Shown here one piece after another: positions 48,043-57,877 of a stretch of 64,000 nucleotides of DNA (the stretch's first letter is position 1; each line of letters opens with the position of its first letter). The position numbers and the translations under genes were made by a program. This stretch comes from an uncultured bacterium (GTDB taxonomy: Bacteria > Patescibacteriota > Microgenomatia > Levybacterales > UBA12049). The stretch covers positions 426,814 to 490,813 of the forward strand of contig CAWGXL010000010.1 of the NCBI GenBank assembly GCA_963826535.1, given 5' to 3'. The notes under the pieces were generated by a model. That model did no database searches, was not told where the DNA came from, and saw only the letters and a program-made list of their open reading frames with translations.

Positions 48043-48233
48043 GTGTAATTATTTAATGTTAAGGCACTTCTGATCCGCCTTGTGGTTCCATATCATCGTT
48101 TTATCGAATCAAACTATAATTTGTAGTATCAAGGGTATTTCTTCAAACTTTGTACTATCCATATGTTTTATAATAGAATTTACTAGTGGAGCTAAAAGTT
48201 TAAGACTAATCGCTTCCATTCGGCCTACATTCT

Positions 48234-49163
48234 ATGATCGTTAATTTATTTATTTTCGCCATCTCCCTTTTTCTCGTCATAAAAGGCGCGACAATAGCTT
48301 CAAAATATGCAGCTCGACTGGCAGAAAGTTTCAAATTGCCCAAGTATACAGTCGGCTTTATCGTTATCGCGGTCATCTCAATACTACCCGAGACGTTTAT
48401 TGCAATCAACTCCGCACTTGCGGGTGTGCCATCCTTCGGTCTCGGCATGTTGTTCGGCTCCAACATTGCGGACTTGACCCTCGTTTTCGCGATCATTGTA
48501 ATGTTTGCAGGCAGAGGGATAAAAATACAAAGCAAGGTTTTGAAAAATAACCAGGCCTATCCACTTTGGCTACTTTTGCCGATTGCTTTAGGACTTGACG
48601 GCCATTATTCCCGAGTTGACGCAGTGATATTAATAATCATCGGTGCTGTATTTTATTACCTGGCCTTCAAAAATAGCGTTGTCAGCACGACATCCTCAAA
48701 CCATAGCAACAACCGCCTCAAAAACATAAGTCTATTGCTTATTGGCATGGTCATTTTGTTAACAGGTTCTCATTTCACAGTTACGTCCGCATCATCCCTG
48801 GCTAAAGCATTGCAAGTGAGTCCGATCTTGATCGGTATGCTTATTGTAGGCTTAGGCACAACCATGCCTGAACTATTCTTTTCACTCAAATCGGTAAAAA
48901 AACAAGACGATGCACTGGCAGTAGGGGACATACTTGGAACAGTACTCGCTGACGCCACCATAGTAGTCGGAGTCATAGCTCTGATCAGTCCATTCTACTT
49001 TCCCCAAAAAATTATTTATATCACTGGTTTGTTCATGCTAGGTGCATCAATTATTCTGTTACAATTCATGCGTTCAGACCGAACGCTGACCAAAACTGAA
49101 GCTTATTTACTCTTCCTTTATTGGCTTATTTTCGTTCTGGTAGAATTAGTAGCAAATCAATAA
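48234..49163 (+). CDS. Ca2+/Na+ antiporter (YrbG/CaCA family)
   Basis: Two alpha repeats: ILPE..GSNIAD and GTTMPE..GDILGT. Confidence 0.9.
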   Translation: MIVNLFIFAISLFLVIKGATIASKYAARLAESFKLPKYTVGFIVIAVISILPETFIAINSALAGVPSFGLGMLFGSNIADLTLVFAIIVMFAGRGIKIQSKVLKNNQAYPLWLLLPIALGLDGHYSRVDAVILIIIGAVFYYLAFKNSVVSTTSSNHSNNRLKNISLLLIGMVILLTGSHFTVTSASSLAKALQVSPILIGMLIVGLGTTMPELFFSLKSVKKQDDALAVGDILGTVLADATIVVGVIALISPFYFPQKIIYITGLFMLGASIILLQFMRSDRTLTKTEAYLLFLYWLIFVLVELVANQ

Positions 49164-49180
49164 TCAACAGTATTAAATCT

Positions 49181-50140
49181 CTATCCCCCCGTATATTCCG
49201 GAGGTTCGATGCCCAAACTACTTAATGAATAATCCAGAAGCTCTTTCATCTCCTTCCTCCTGCTCTCGCTATTCAAAATAATCCCTATAATTCTATGTCC
49301 TCCATAGTCCAAATATGTCACCAGACAAAATCCTGCTTCAGGCGTATATCCGGTCTTTACCCCTTTCACCCCCGGATACGTTGTAAGCAAATTAGTTTCG
49401 TTAAAAAGGCCATATCCTTTGTGACCTGAAGTCGCCAGAACATCATAGCTCGGACTGGAGACAATTTTTTCAAACAGTGGAAAATTTTCAATCGCGTACC
49501 GTGTAATAACCAACAAATCATAAGCTGTGGTATATTGCTCCCCATCTCCCTGCAAGCCTGAGGGATTACTGAATCGAGTATCTTTAAGCCCCAGAGCAAG
49601 TGCTTTGTCATTCATTGCCTTTATAAAACCCTCGCGACTGCCGTCTATATAGTTTCTGGCCAAAACCTCTGCCGCATCGTTACCTGATGGCAGCAATAGA
49701 CCATACAACAATTCCTCTCTGGACAATATTTCACCCGTTCCAAGCCCCATTATGTTTTCTCCGACCAAATCTACCCCCAAAACCTCGTAGTTGGCCTCTT
49801 TGCCTTTTTCAAGAGCGATAATTGCTGTCATAACTTTACTCAAAGACGCCATAGGTCTCCGAATTCTTGGATTTTTCTCAAAGAGCACCTTTTCTGTACT
49901 CAAGTCATAAACCAAAACGGAGTCGGCAGTAATCTCCGGCATACTATTTTCGCTGCCATAAGCCTCTGTCCAGAAAGGCAACCAAAGATCAAGCAAGGTT
50001 ACCTGTTTATTTTTCTCAAGAGTCAAAAAATCAGGCAGCGGGGAAATCAATGAAGCGTCATCTCGCAATCGCAATTCAAAAAACCAAAACAAACCTGTAA
50101 AGATAACCGACAGAACCACAATAGATAAAAAATGCTTCAT
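49181..50140 (-). CDS. D-alanyl-D-alanine carboxypeptidase (S11)
   Basis: ASLSK, SGN, KTG catalytic motifs. Confidence 0.92.
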   Translation of the reverse strand: MKHFLSIVVLSVIFTGLFWFFELRLRDDASLISPLPDFLTLEKNKQVTLLDLWLPFWTEAYGSENSMPEITADSVLVYDLSTEKVLFEKNPRIRRPMASLSKVMTAIIALEKGKEANYEVLGVDLVGENIMGLGTGEILSREELLYGLLLPSGNDAAEVLARNYIDGSREGFIKAMNDKALALGLKDTRFSNPSGLQGDGEQYTTAYDLLVITRYAIENFPLFEKIVSSPSYDVLATSGHKGYGLFNETNLLTTYPGVKGVKTGYTPEAGFCLVTYLDYGGHRIIGIILNSESRRKEMKELLDYSLSSLGIEPPEYTGG

Positions 50141-50307
50141 AATTGAATATCTTGAGGAATAGCTTCTATCCTAGTAGATTTTACCGACTTTTACAAGAGT
50201 TTAAATAATCTGATCTATTTAGATATTATTCGACATAATTGACAAAACCTCATCAATAATCTATTCTAAATAGAGTAATAACTACACAAGAAAGGGGGTG
50301 AGTAAAA

Positions 50308-50892
50308 ATGTTAATAAAATTAATCTTAAGTCTTATTATAATAGTCGGAGTCGGCGCAGCAGCATTCTCGGCAACTAGTGCGCTTTTATCCGATACTGCT
50401 ATATTGGCAGCTAATACTTTTAGTACAGGCACTTTTGATTTGCAAATTTCTAAAAGTACTTCCAGTAATCCTACTACATTCGCATCAGATTCAATTACCG
50501 GTTTTACTGATACTTTTCTACCGGGACAAAGCAAATCAAAAACATTTTGGTTAAAAAATAACAGCACGGATATAGATTTCGCGACAGCAGCGCAATCATC
50601 CAGTATTAGTGGGGAAATTAGCCCAGGTAGTGTAACAGTTGCATTTACACCTGTTAGCAACGATGACACTTCCGTTGTAGGAACAGCAACATCACACACA
50701 TTAACTGAATGGGGATCAGTATCTGCTTTAGACAGCAATATTGGTCATGGCGGAAAACAAAGATATAGGATGGAAGTTACACTTGATCCAAGCGTAACAA
50801 CAACTGGCTCTATTAACTTTGATTTCGTCTTTACGGGCACAGAAGTCGTACCTGCACCAACGGTTACGCCTACTGTGACACCAACACCGTAA
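50308..50892 (+). CDS. TasA/camelysin-like protein with SipW-class signal peptide
   Basis: ATSALLSDTAILAANTFSTGTFDLQI, PGQS, FDFVFTGTE; strong SD GAAAGGGGGTGA; PT-rich tail. Confidence 0.8.
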   Translation: MLIKLILSLIIIVGVGAAAFSATSALLSDTAILAANTFSTGTFDLQISKSTSSNPTTFASDSITGFTDTFLPGQSKSKTFWLKNNSTDIDFATAAQSSSISGEISPGSVTVAFTPVSNDDTSVVGTATSHTLTEWGSVSALDSNIGHGGKQRYRMEVTLDPSVTTTGSINFDFVFTGTEVVPAPTVTPTVTPTP

Positions 50893-50944
50893 TAGGATGG
50901 GTTTAAATAGTGCAAAACTCAACCTTTATATGGTCAAGAATTCA

Positions 50945-50974
50945 CCCCCTCTCTCGCAAAAAACGGGAGAGGGG
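50945..50974 (+). terminator. Hairpin between the TasA-like gene and sipW
   Basis: CCCCTCTCTCG-CAAAAAA-CGGGAGAGGGG. Confidence 0.55.
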
Positions 50975-50986
50975 AAGACTAAAAAA

Positions 50987-51958
50987 ATGAAAAATGTAAT
51001 TAAAAATTTTGTGATTATTTTCGTTTTACTTATTGGTTTTACTTTATTTGTGTTATCTAACCAGACACTCGGATGGAGAGCCTTTATTGTTACCTCCGCC
51101 TCAATGGAACCCGCTGTCGGTACCGGGTCCTTAGTAGTAACACAATACAAACATCCTAATACATTATCTAAAAACGACATTATTACCTTTATCCCTCCAA
51201 TAAAGACACACGCATTTATCACCCATCGTATTAGTAAAGTATCTCAAAATAAAAGTCTAACGACTTTCAAAACAAAAGGTGATAATAACAAAAACGAAGA
51301 CAAATGGACGCTCGCAGGCGGGGGAGTAGTTGGAAAAGTCACCTACATAATTCCATATCTTGGATTTTTTATGTCCTTTGTCCAAAGCAAAATAGGCATC
51401 CTCCTTTTCATCCTCCTTCCGGCTGTATACATCATTATTGATGAAATATTTAATATTGCAAAAACCATCAAGCACCACAAAAAGAAAATAATCCCGGCAA
51501 ATGAAATATCAACTACTGCATTATTAATTTTTTTAAGCTCCATATTTTTCCCGCTTCAACCGGCCTACGCGCTCCTGTCTGACTCTGCAGGTCTGACCAA
51601 TAATACTTTTACAGTAAATTCTATTACCCCAACCGTTACACCTTTCGAATTCCCTAGCTGTAAGGATCCGCACGGAACGATTATCTCATCATACAAGACA
51701 GGAAGGCACGAAATTATCGGTGTGGGGTTGCTTATTGGTAGCGATACTGTATATCAGTTAACTGAAGGTTCCAAAGAAAAAGTACTGCAGTGCTTCTGTC
51801 CTGAATCAGGACCAGGTATTCAAACAAATTGGATTAAGACAACAGAAATAGAAAGGTTTAAATTTGACGGATGGCCGCATTCTATCACCTCCGGCCTTAG
51901 TTGGAATCTAGACGACAACCCGTATGTAGCACAAAATATTGAATATACTTGCAATTAA
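50987..51958 (+). CDS. sipW: SipW-type signal peptidase I fused to a C-terminal SipW-substrate-like domain
   Basis: TSASMEP, ITHRI, TKGDNN..D, IPYLG; then a hydrophobic segment + AYALLSDSAGLTNNTFT and a 4-Cys domain. Confidence 0.8.
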   Translation: MKNVIKNFVIIFVLLIGFTLFVLSNQTLGWRAFIVTSASMEPAVGTGSLVVTQYKHPNTLSKNDIITFIPPIKTHAFITHRISKVSQNKSLTTFKTKGDNNKNEDKWTLAGGGVVGKVTYIIPYLGFFMSFVQSKIGILLFILLPAVYIIIDEIFNIAKTIKHHKKKIIPANEISTTALLIFLSSIFFPLQPAYALLSDSAGLTNNTFTVNSITPTVTPFEFPSCKDPHGTIISSYKTGRHEIIGVGLLIGSDTVYQLTEGSKEKVLQCFCPESGPGIQTNWIKTTEIERFKFDGWPHSITSGLSWNLDDNPYVAQNIEYTCN

Positions 51959-51965
51959 GCGGAAA

Positions 51966-52523
51966 CTATTCTTTTACAGCCAATGTTGCATCACTCTTAT
52001 AGACTGCGACTGCGACCATTCTTTGCGAATCCAAAAACCCTGTGCAAGTATACAAAGTTATCCTTTTATCCTTTGAGGGAGCCAAAATACTCGACTGTGT
52101 ATAAGGAACAACTGAGGTATATTGAACAATAAACTTTTTTCTTGTTTTATCTTCATACTCTACATCAATATCCATATCCGGCCGGATATTGACCAATGGT
52201 CCGAACAAGCTCGCCCAATCATGGGCATAAATTATGCTGTTACCTGTATTTCCGGGAATTGGTGAAGAAAGTAGATAGGATGCACCTTTAGTTGTAGTTT
52301 GCCACTCACTTTTGACAACTTTAGCCGGAAAGATAGGTAGATCAATACCCAAATCCCGAATAGTAATCCTAACCGGCGGATTAACCACCGCTTCTTCCTT
52401 ATAATTTCCAACATAATTCTTAAAAGCCAACCTATTCGGGTTATTCCGCTCCCATATTAGAAAAACTGCAGCAATAAAACAGACAATTCCAAAAAAAAGC
52501 AATAAATATGCAATCCTTTTCAT
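51966..52523 (-). CDS. Sortase
   Basis: TM, PGNTGNSIIYAH, ITLYTCTG, QRMV. Confidence 0.88.
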   Translation of the reverse strand: MKRIAYLLLFFGIVCFIAAVFLIWERNNPNRLAFKNYVGNYKEEAVVNPPVRITIRDLGIDLPIFPAKVVKSEWQTTTKGASYLLSSPIPGNTGNSIIYAHDWASLFGPLVNIRPDMDIDVEYEDKTRKKFIVQYTSVVPYTQSSILAPSKDKRITLYTCTGFLDSQRMVAVAVYKSDATLAVKE

Positions 52524-52561
52524 AATTACTATATTAATAATATCGAGTTGAGTTTCAAATT

Positions 52562-53269
52562 TTACGACTTGCTTAATTTCTTTAAAACAAGCCCGGAGAT
52601 AAGGGAGATTGCTCCTGCAATAATGACCGAATAGATAAATGCTGCGTTTCCTGTGCTTGCAAGTGATTCATGCGCACCCCCAACTTGACCGGTAACAAGT
52701 GCTGGTGTTGCAGTTGGACCCGGCCCTGGTGTGCTTGTAGGCCCTGGTGTAGGCGTGCTAGTAGGCCCTGTAGTCGCTGTAGGGGTCGGTGTAGGCGTCA
52801 CAACCACTTCTCCGCAGTCTTTCACTGTATACACTTTAGCATCCATTGCGTATGCGTAATAAGGTTTTTCCTCAAGATAACGATTTCCTCGTATTAGATC
52901 TGTTTGCACCCTACATGAATTACTGTCACCTTCAAGAGAAATCGTTTCAGTTTTACCCGACGCTACTTTTACGGTTTTATGAGTAATGTATACCTGGCTA
53001 TCAATAAAACTAGGTGAATTTTCTTCTTGAGGAGCCTCATACTTTACCAATGTTGCGTCGTATTCACAAGCTTTGTTCTTTGAAAAGTTAGTAACTGTAG
53101 CATTATTTTTATCCAACAGCTGCCCTTGCAAATCTACATCTATATCACCATCACATACCTCGGTTGTTTGATTTTCCTCTGTAGTAGCAAGTACAACAGA
53201 AGCAGACAAGGTCAAACAAGTAGTGACCAAAATGAGCGGTAGAGTAATATTAAGTAAAATAGTTTTCAT
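52562..53269 (-). CDS. Secreted sortase substrate (LASTG)
   Basis: Signal peptide, Cys-containing domain, PT-rich linker, LASTG + TM + KKLSKS. Confidence 0.8.
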   Translation of the reverse strand: MKTILLNITLPLILVTTCLTLSASVVLATTEENQTTEVCDGDIDVDLQGQLLDKNNATVTNFSKNKACEYDATLVKYEAPQEENSPSFIDSQVYITHKTVKVASGKTETISLEGDSNSCRVQTDLIRGNRYLEEKPYYAYAMDAKVYTVKDCGEVVVTPTPTPTATTGPTSTPTPGPTSTPGPGPTATPALVTGQVGGAHESLASTGNAAFIYSVIIAGAISLISGLVLKKLSKS

Positions 53270-53346
53270 AGAAAAAGACCTATATTAAATGTAAAGAGGA
53301 TTATAGCATACCAAAATAGGTATGTCAATAGTATATACTATATACC

Positions 53347-53691
53347 TTAAAGTTCCTGTAGAATTACTATAGCGTCACCTAAATTATCGTAATATTCAAC
53401 TTTAAGAATGTGCACGCCCTCGGTAAGTGTGACTGTTGGTGTATATGTTGTAATATCATGGTCAGTCCAATCATCTACGAGTAATTGGTCATCAACCCAA
53501 AATCGAACACCGTCATTTGATTGAAGGCTAAAAGAATAGTCACCAGCCGCGAATTGTTTCTCCTTAATCCATCGGGCTGAAAACTGATCTACATTTACTA
53601 ATGGATCCGGCGAGCCTGCACCCCAATTAAAATTAATTTGTGCGTCCTGACGAGTCAGAACTGGAGCGCCCGTCAATGCGATATTATTGAA
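53347..53691 (-). CDS. PA14 domain protein, C-terminal fragment cut at the junction
   Basis: FNN..LTGAP..RQDAQINFNWGAGSP..FSARW..NDGVRFWVD..VEYYD; upstream part replaced by GC-rich DNA. Confidence 0.8.
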   Translation of the reverse strand, partial: FNNIALTGAPVLTRQDAQINFNWGAGSPDPLVNVDQFSARWIKEKQFAAGDYSFSLQSNDGVRFWVDDQLLVDDWTDHDITTYTPTVTLTEGVHILKVEYYDNLGDAIVILQEL

Positions 53692-53700
53692 ATGCAGCAA
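53690..53700. other. Abrupt AT-rich to GC-rich junction (probable chimeric join)
   Basis: Composition and frameshift density change within a few bases; PA14 gene cut, fumC ATG at 53692. Confidence 0.85.
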
Positions 53701-55114
53701 ACCAGGCTCGAGCACGACTCGCTCGGGCCGGTGCCGGTCCCGCGGACCGGCTGTGGGGCGCGCAGACCGAGCGGTCGCGCACCCATTTCGCGATCGGCGA
53801 CCCCGACGTCTACCGGTGGCCGCGCGGCGGTGATTCGCGCGTTCGGCTGGTCAAGGCCGCCGCCGCCGATGCGAACCTGCAGCTCGGGGTGATCGACGCC
53901 GACGTCGCCGCGCTCATCGCGCAGGCGTCGCTGGAAGTGGCCGCCGGCGAGTGGGACGCGAGTTCCCGCTCGGCGTGTTCCAGACCGGCTCGGGCACGCA
54001 CACGCAACATGAACGCCAACGAGGTGATCGCCAACCGCGCCAATCAGCTCGCGCGGCGGCGCGCTCGGCAGCGTATCGGCCCGTGCACCCCAACGACCAC
54101 GTGAACCGCGGGCAGTCGTCGAACGACGTGTTCCCGGCCGTCATGCACCTGGCGACGCTCGAGGCGCTCGAACGGCTCGAGCCGGCGGTCGCCGCGCTGC
54201 GCGGCCGCGCTCGTGCGAGTCACGCCGCGCGCTGGCACGACCTGCCGATGCTGGGCCGCACGCACCTGCAGGACGCCACGCCGATCATGCTCGGCGACGT
54301 CGTGGCCAGCTGGACGGCGCAGATCGATCAGCGCCTGGACGCGGCTGGCGCAGGCGCGGCGCGGGCTGCACGCGCTGCCGCTCGGCGGCACTGCCGTCGG
54401 CACAGGGCTCAACGCGCCATCGCGACTTCGGGCGCGCTGGCGATCGCCGCCTGGCCGACGCGACCGGCTATCCGCTGCGCCAGGCACCGAACCTGCCCGC
54501 GGCCCTCGCCGCGCACGACGCCATGGCGACGGTGAGCGCCGCGCTGCGGGCCTGGCCGGGGCGCTCTTCAAGATGGCCAACGACATCCGGCTTACGCGTT
54601 CGGGGCCGCGCGCGGGCCTGGGCGAGCTGCGGCTGCCGGCCAACGAGCCGGGCTCGTCGATCATGCCGGGCAAGGTGAACCCCAGCCAGTGCGAGGCGCT
54701 GACGATGGTGGCGGTGCACGTCTTCGGCTGCGACGCCGCCGTGGCGTGGGCCAACGCCCAGGGTCCGCTGCAGCTGAACGTCTACAAGCCCGTGATCCTC
54801 CACAACGTGCTCGAACCGGCGCGGCTGCTGCGCGACGCGTGACGTGGCGTTCACACGCTACTGCGCTCGACGGGCTCGAGCCGGGCCGGCGCGCATCGAG
54901 GCGCATCTGCAGGCCTCGCTGATGCTCGTGACCGCGCTCGTGCCGCACATCGGCTACGACCGCGCCGCGAAGTCGCGCTGGCGCCCATCGCGAAGGACGC
55001 GCGCTGCGGGAGGCGGCGGTGGACTCGGGCGTGGTGAGCGCGGACAACTTCGACGGGTGGGTGCGCCCGGCGGAGATGGCGCGTCCCCATGGCCCGAAAG
55101 TGGCCGGGGACTAG
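53692..55114 (+). CDS. fumC: Class II fumarate hydratase, multiply frameshifted (probably sequence errors)
   Basis: [63 protein letters not shown] spread over several frames. Confidence 0.9.
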
Positions 55115-55136
55115 CTCTGCAGTGATTTCCGGCGGC

Positions 55137-55277
55137 CTACTGGCCAGTGTAGGACATCATCCCCAGACCGATCAGCCAGGCGGCCAGCCAGATCTGGGCC
55201 ACGGCAACGAAGAAGTCCTTGCGCGTCTGGCGCACCGGATCGTCTTCGTGCGTGTCGTGGTGCGTGTCGTGTGACAT
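55137..55277 (-). CDS. Small membrane peptide
   Basis: MSHDTHHDTHEDD...FFVAVAQIWLAAWLIGLG; weak support. Confidence 0.35.
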   Translation of the reverse strand: MSHDTHHDTHEDDPVRQTRKDFFVAVAQIWLAAWLIGLGMMSYTGQ

Positions 55278-55715
55278 CAGTGGTTCCCCCAGGGCGAGTG
55301 ACGTGTCGCTTATGAGCACAGGGTGTGCCAATTCAGAACGCGCGAAAAACTGGGATTTCGGCGTGTATTGTCTCCCCCAGTGGGAACTTGTCGTAATACC
55401 CCCGTGAAACGGGCACCTCACTTCTTCCATGTGGCCTGGATGGGCTGGCGTTAATGGAACAGCTGTAGCCCGGGAGCCAATCGTCCGCCTGGGGGTTCAT
55501 GACGTCCGCCGGTCGCCGGTCGTTCGCGCTGCTGTGGTGCGCCTTCTTCGTGAACCTGACGGTCGCGTCGCCGCCTGGTCAGGGTCCAGGCCTAGGCAGT
55601 GCCGCACCGGGATCGCCAGGGCGGAGAGCGCGTCGAGACTTTGCGGCCCCCTCTTCCAGGCGCGCTCAACGGCGCGGCCGCCGTGAGCGTCGTCGACTGA
55701 CAGCGGCTCGGCCTC

Positions 55716-55747
55716 TTGACAGATATCTGTTACAGATATATCTGTCA
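55716..55747 (+). promoter_or_regulatory. Promoter with twin dyad operator (probable PadR site)
   Basis: TTGACA overlapping ACAGATATCTGT and ACAGATATATCTGT, 10 nt before ATG 55758. Confidence 0.6.
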
Positions 55748-55757
55748 CGGCTACGTC

Positions 55758-56253
55758 ATGGAGTCCCGCACGCCTACGTCTTCTTCCCGTCCTGTTGCTT
55801 GCCGTTCCACTCCTGAGCCTTGCGGATGCGGGCGCTCAGGCCAAACCCGACTTCAGTGGCGAGTGGGTATTGAATCGCGCCGCCAGTCCCCTGCAAGGCG
55901 AATCGGCGGCCGTAGAGAGCAGCGTGATTCGCATCGACCATCGCGACCCCGCGTTCACGTTCAAGCGCACGTTCGTGGTCAAAGGCCAATCGTTGGACGC
56001 CTGGGTATGTGATTCAGACGGACGGCCGGGAAGTGACGTCGAGTGCTCGGGGGCCTGTCGTGCGCGATCGCGAATGGAATGGCAGGGCGCGACGTTGTTG
56101 CTCAGCGCATTCATCACCGGCCCGCGCGGCGAGGTGAGCAACATCGTGCGCTACGAACTGCTGGACGGCGGGCGGGTGCTGCGGGCGGTCGAAGAACCTC
56201 GGTGGTGCCGCTCCGGGTCCACCACAACGTCTCGATCTACGAACGGAAAGTGA
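55758..56253 (+). CDS. Secreted hypothetical protein (frameshifted)
   Basis: AQAKPDFSGEWVLNRAAS motif, common in Acidobacteria-type secreted proteins. Confidence 0.55.
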
Positions 56254-56570
56254 CGGCGCTGACTCCGGCGGTCTTTCACGTCCTGTTGGCCCTGGTCGTC
56301 CGGGGATCGGCACGGCTACGGCATCATGCAGGACATCGCGGAGCATACCGGCGGCGAGCTGAAAATGGGCAGCCGAGCACATTATACTGGCACGATCCAG
56401 CGACTGATGGACCAGGGGCTCGTTCGCGAAGTGGAAATCGCCGCGGCCGCAGACGGCTCCGCGACGAACGGGCGCCGGCACTACCGGCTGACTGCCTGCC
56501 GGGCGGCAGGCGCTGCAAGCCGAGGTGCAGCGGCTGGAGCACCTGGTCAACGTGGCCCGCGGCGTAAGCC
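56250..56570 (+). CDS. PadR-family regulator (frameshifted)
   Basis: LTPAVFHVLLAL, HGYGIMQDI, TIQRLMDQGLV, RRHYRLT across frames. Confidence 0.8.
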
Positions 56571-56579
56571 GCGTGTCAG

Positions 56580-57050
56580 GTGCGAAGGCCTGACTGTCGA
56601 CTCCGCTGCCGCTCAGCGTGCGCCTCTATTGCGGTCTTCTGCGGCTTTACCCGGCCGAGTTCCGGCGGTCGTTTATGCCGCCGATATCGGCCTGCCAATG
56701 TCATCGACGGATATGGCGCGGCGCGTCACGCGTCAGGAACAGTGCGTTCGCGATTTCTCTTACTGCGCGGCAACTGCTGACCTCCCGATAACACTATGCC
56801 AGGGAAGCGCTTGCCGGCAATCGGGACCGCAATGGGCGTGGCCTTCACGATTGCGGCGGCCGCAGCTGCTCTGGGGCGGCACGGTCTGGATGCTGGCGCT
56901 GGAATGGCCGGATGGGCCGGCGCGATCGTTTACTCTATCTGCAAGTTGGCGGTGTTCTCTTGGAATACTGGGCCGTCGCAGCCTGCGTGGGCGTCGTGCT
57001 GGGTCAACCGCCGCGCGCCGATCCGCCTGAATCTGGAGCAGATGAGTTAA
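56580..57050 (+). CDS. PadR-associated membrane protein (frameshifted)
   Basis: RLYCGLLRLYPAEFR N-terminus, then TM segments. Confidence 0.5.
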
Positions 57051-57101
57051 GAGGGCCTCACTGGCACGCGGATTGAAGCCTCAGCGGTGGAGGACTATCC
57101 A

Positions 57102-57308
57102 ATGGAGCCAACCCCACCGCACGCGACGCCGAGGCCAGAACGAGATCCCATCGACGTCGATCCGGATCTTGCGACTGCCAGGAACGACCAGACCGATCAG
57201 GACGTGGACACGGCGGGAACCGAGGCCGATGAGCCGGCCGTGGGCTCGGCGCTCGACCGTGGCGTCGAACGAAACGAGCGTCGCCGACCGGAGCCGGATC
57301 GCCCGTAA
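57102..57308 (+). CDS. Small acidic hypothetical protein
   Basis: SD GGAGG then ATG; 68 aa. Confidence 0.45.
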   Translation: MEPTPPHATPRPERDPIDVDPDLATARNDQTDQDVDTAGTEADEPAVGSALDRGVERNERRRPEPDRP

Positions 57309-57332
57309 CCCTGTATGAGGTCGGAGGAAATC

Positions 57333-57851
57333 ATGAAGAACGAGCTGGCCGAGTTTTACGCGCTGATCGAGGAGCTCGACACCGCGATGATGACGACACG
57401 TCAGCGTGACGGCCATCTGCGATCGCGGGCGATGGCGAATCAGAAGCCCGCTGAGGGTGCCGACCTGTGGTTCGTGACGCTGGAGCAGAGTCCCAAACTG
57501 GCCGACCTGGCCTGGGACCCGCACGTCAACTTGTCCTATTATCGCGACCGGAACCGCGAATGGGTTTCTGTCTCTGGTACCGCCGAGATCTCGCGGGACC
57601 GCGACAAGATTCGTGAACTGTACGCGACCGATTGGCGGATCTGGTTCCCCCAGGAGGGTGACCCCAGGCACGGGACCGCCGACGATCCCCGCATGGTCCT
57701 GATAGGCGTCACGGTGCATGCCGCCGAGTATCTGAAAGCAGATGCGGCCGCCCGTCGTCCTGTTCGAGGTAGTCAAAGGCTGGCTGACCGGCGCCATACG
57801 GAGCTCGGCACGATGCACCATCTCGTCGAGCCCCGGCGGCGCGAAGCGTAG
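57333..57851 (+). CDS. Pyridoxamine 5'-phosphate oxidase-like / general stress protein 26
   Basis: TAMMTT..LRSRAM..LWF..PHVNLSY..WVSVSG..WFP..DDP. Confidence 0.85.
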   Translation: MKNELAEFYALIEELDTAMMTTRQRDGHLRSRAMANQKPAEGADLWFVTLEQSPKLADLAWDPHVNLSYYRDRNREWVSVSGTAEISRDRDKIRELYATDWRIWFPQEGDPRHGTADDPRMVLIGVTVHAAEYLKADAAARRPVRGSQRLADRRHTELGTMHHLVEPRRREA

Positions 57852-57877
57852 CCCCGCGCGCAACGCGCCTCGACCTG

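Noticed and set aside
3876-52897. Short antisense or nested ORFs in the AT-rich part (e.g. 28882-29181, 30612-31100, 38364-38909)
   Set aside because: They lie opposite or inside well-supported genes and show no motifs
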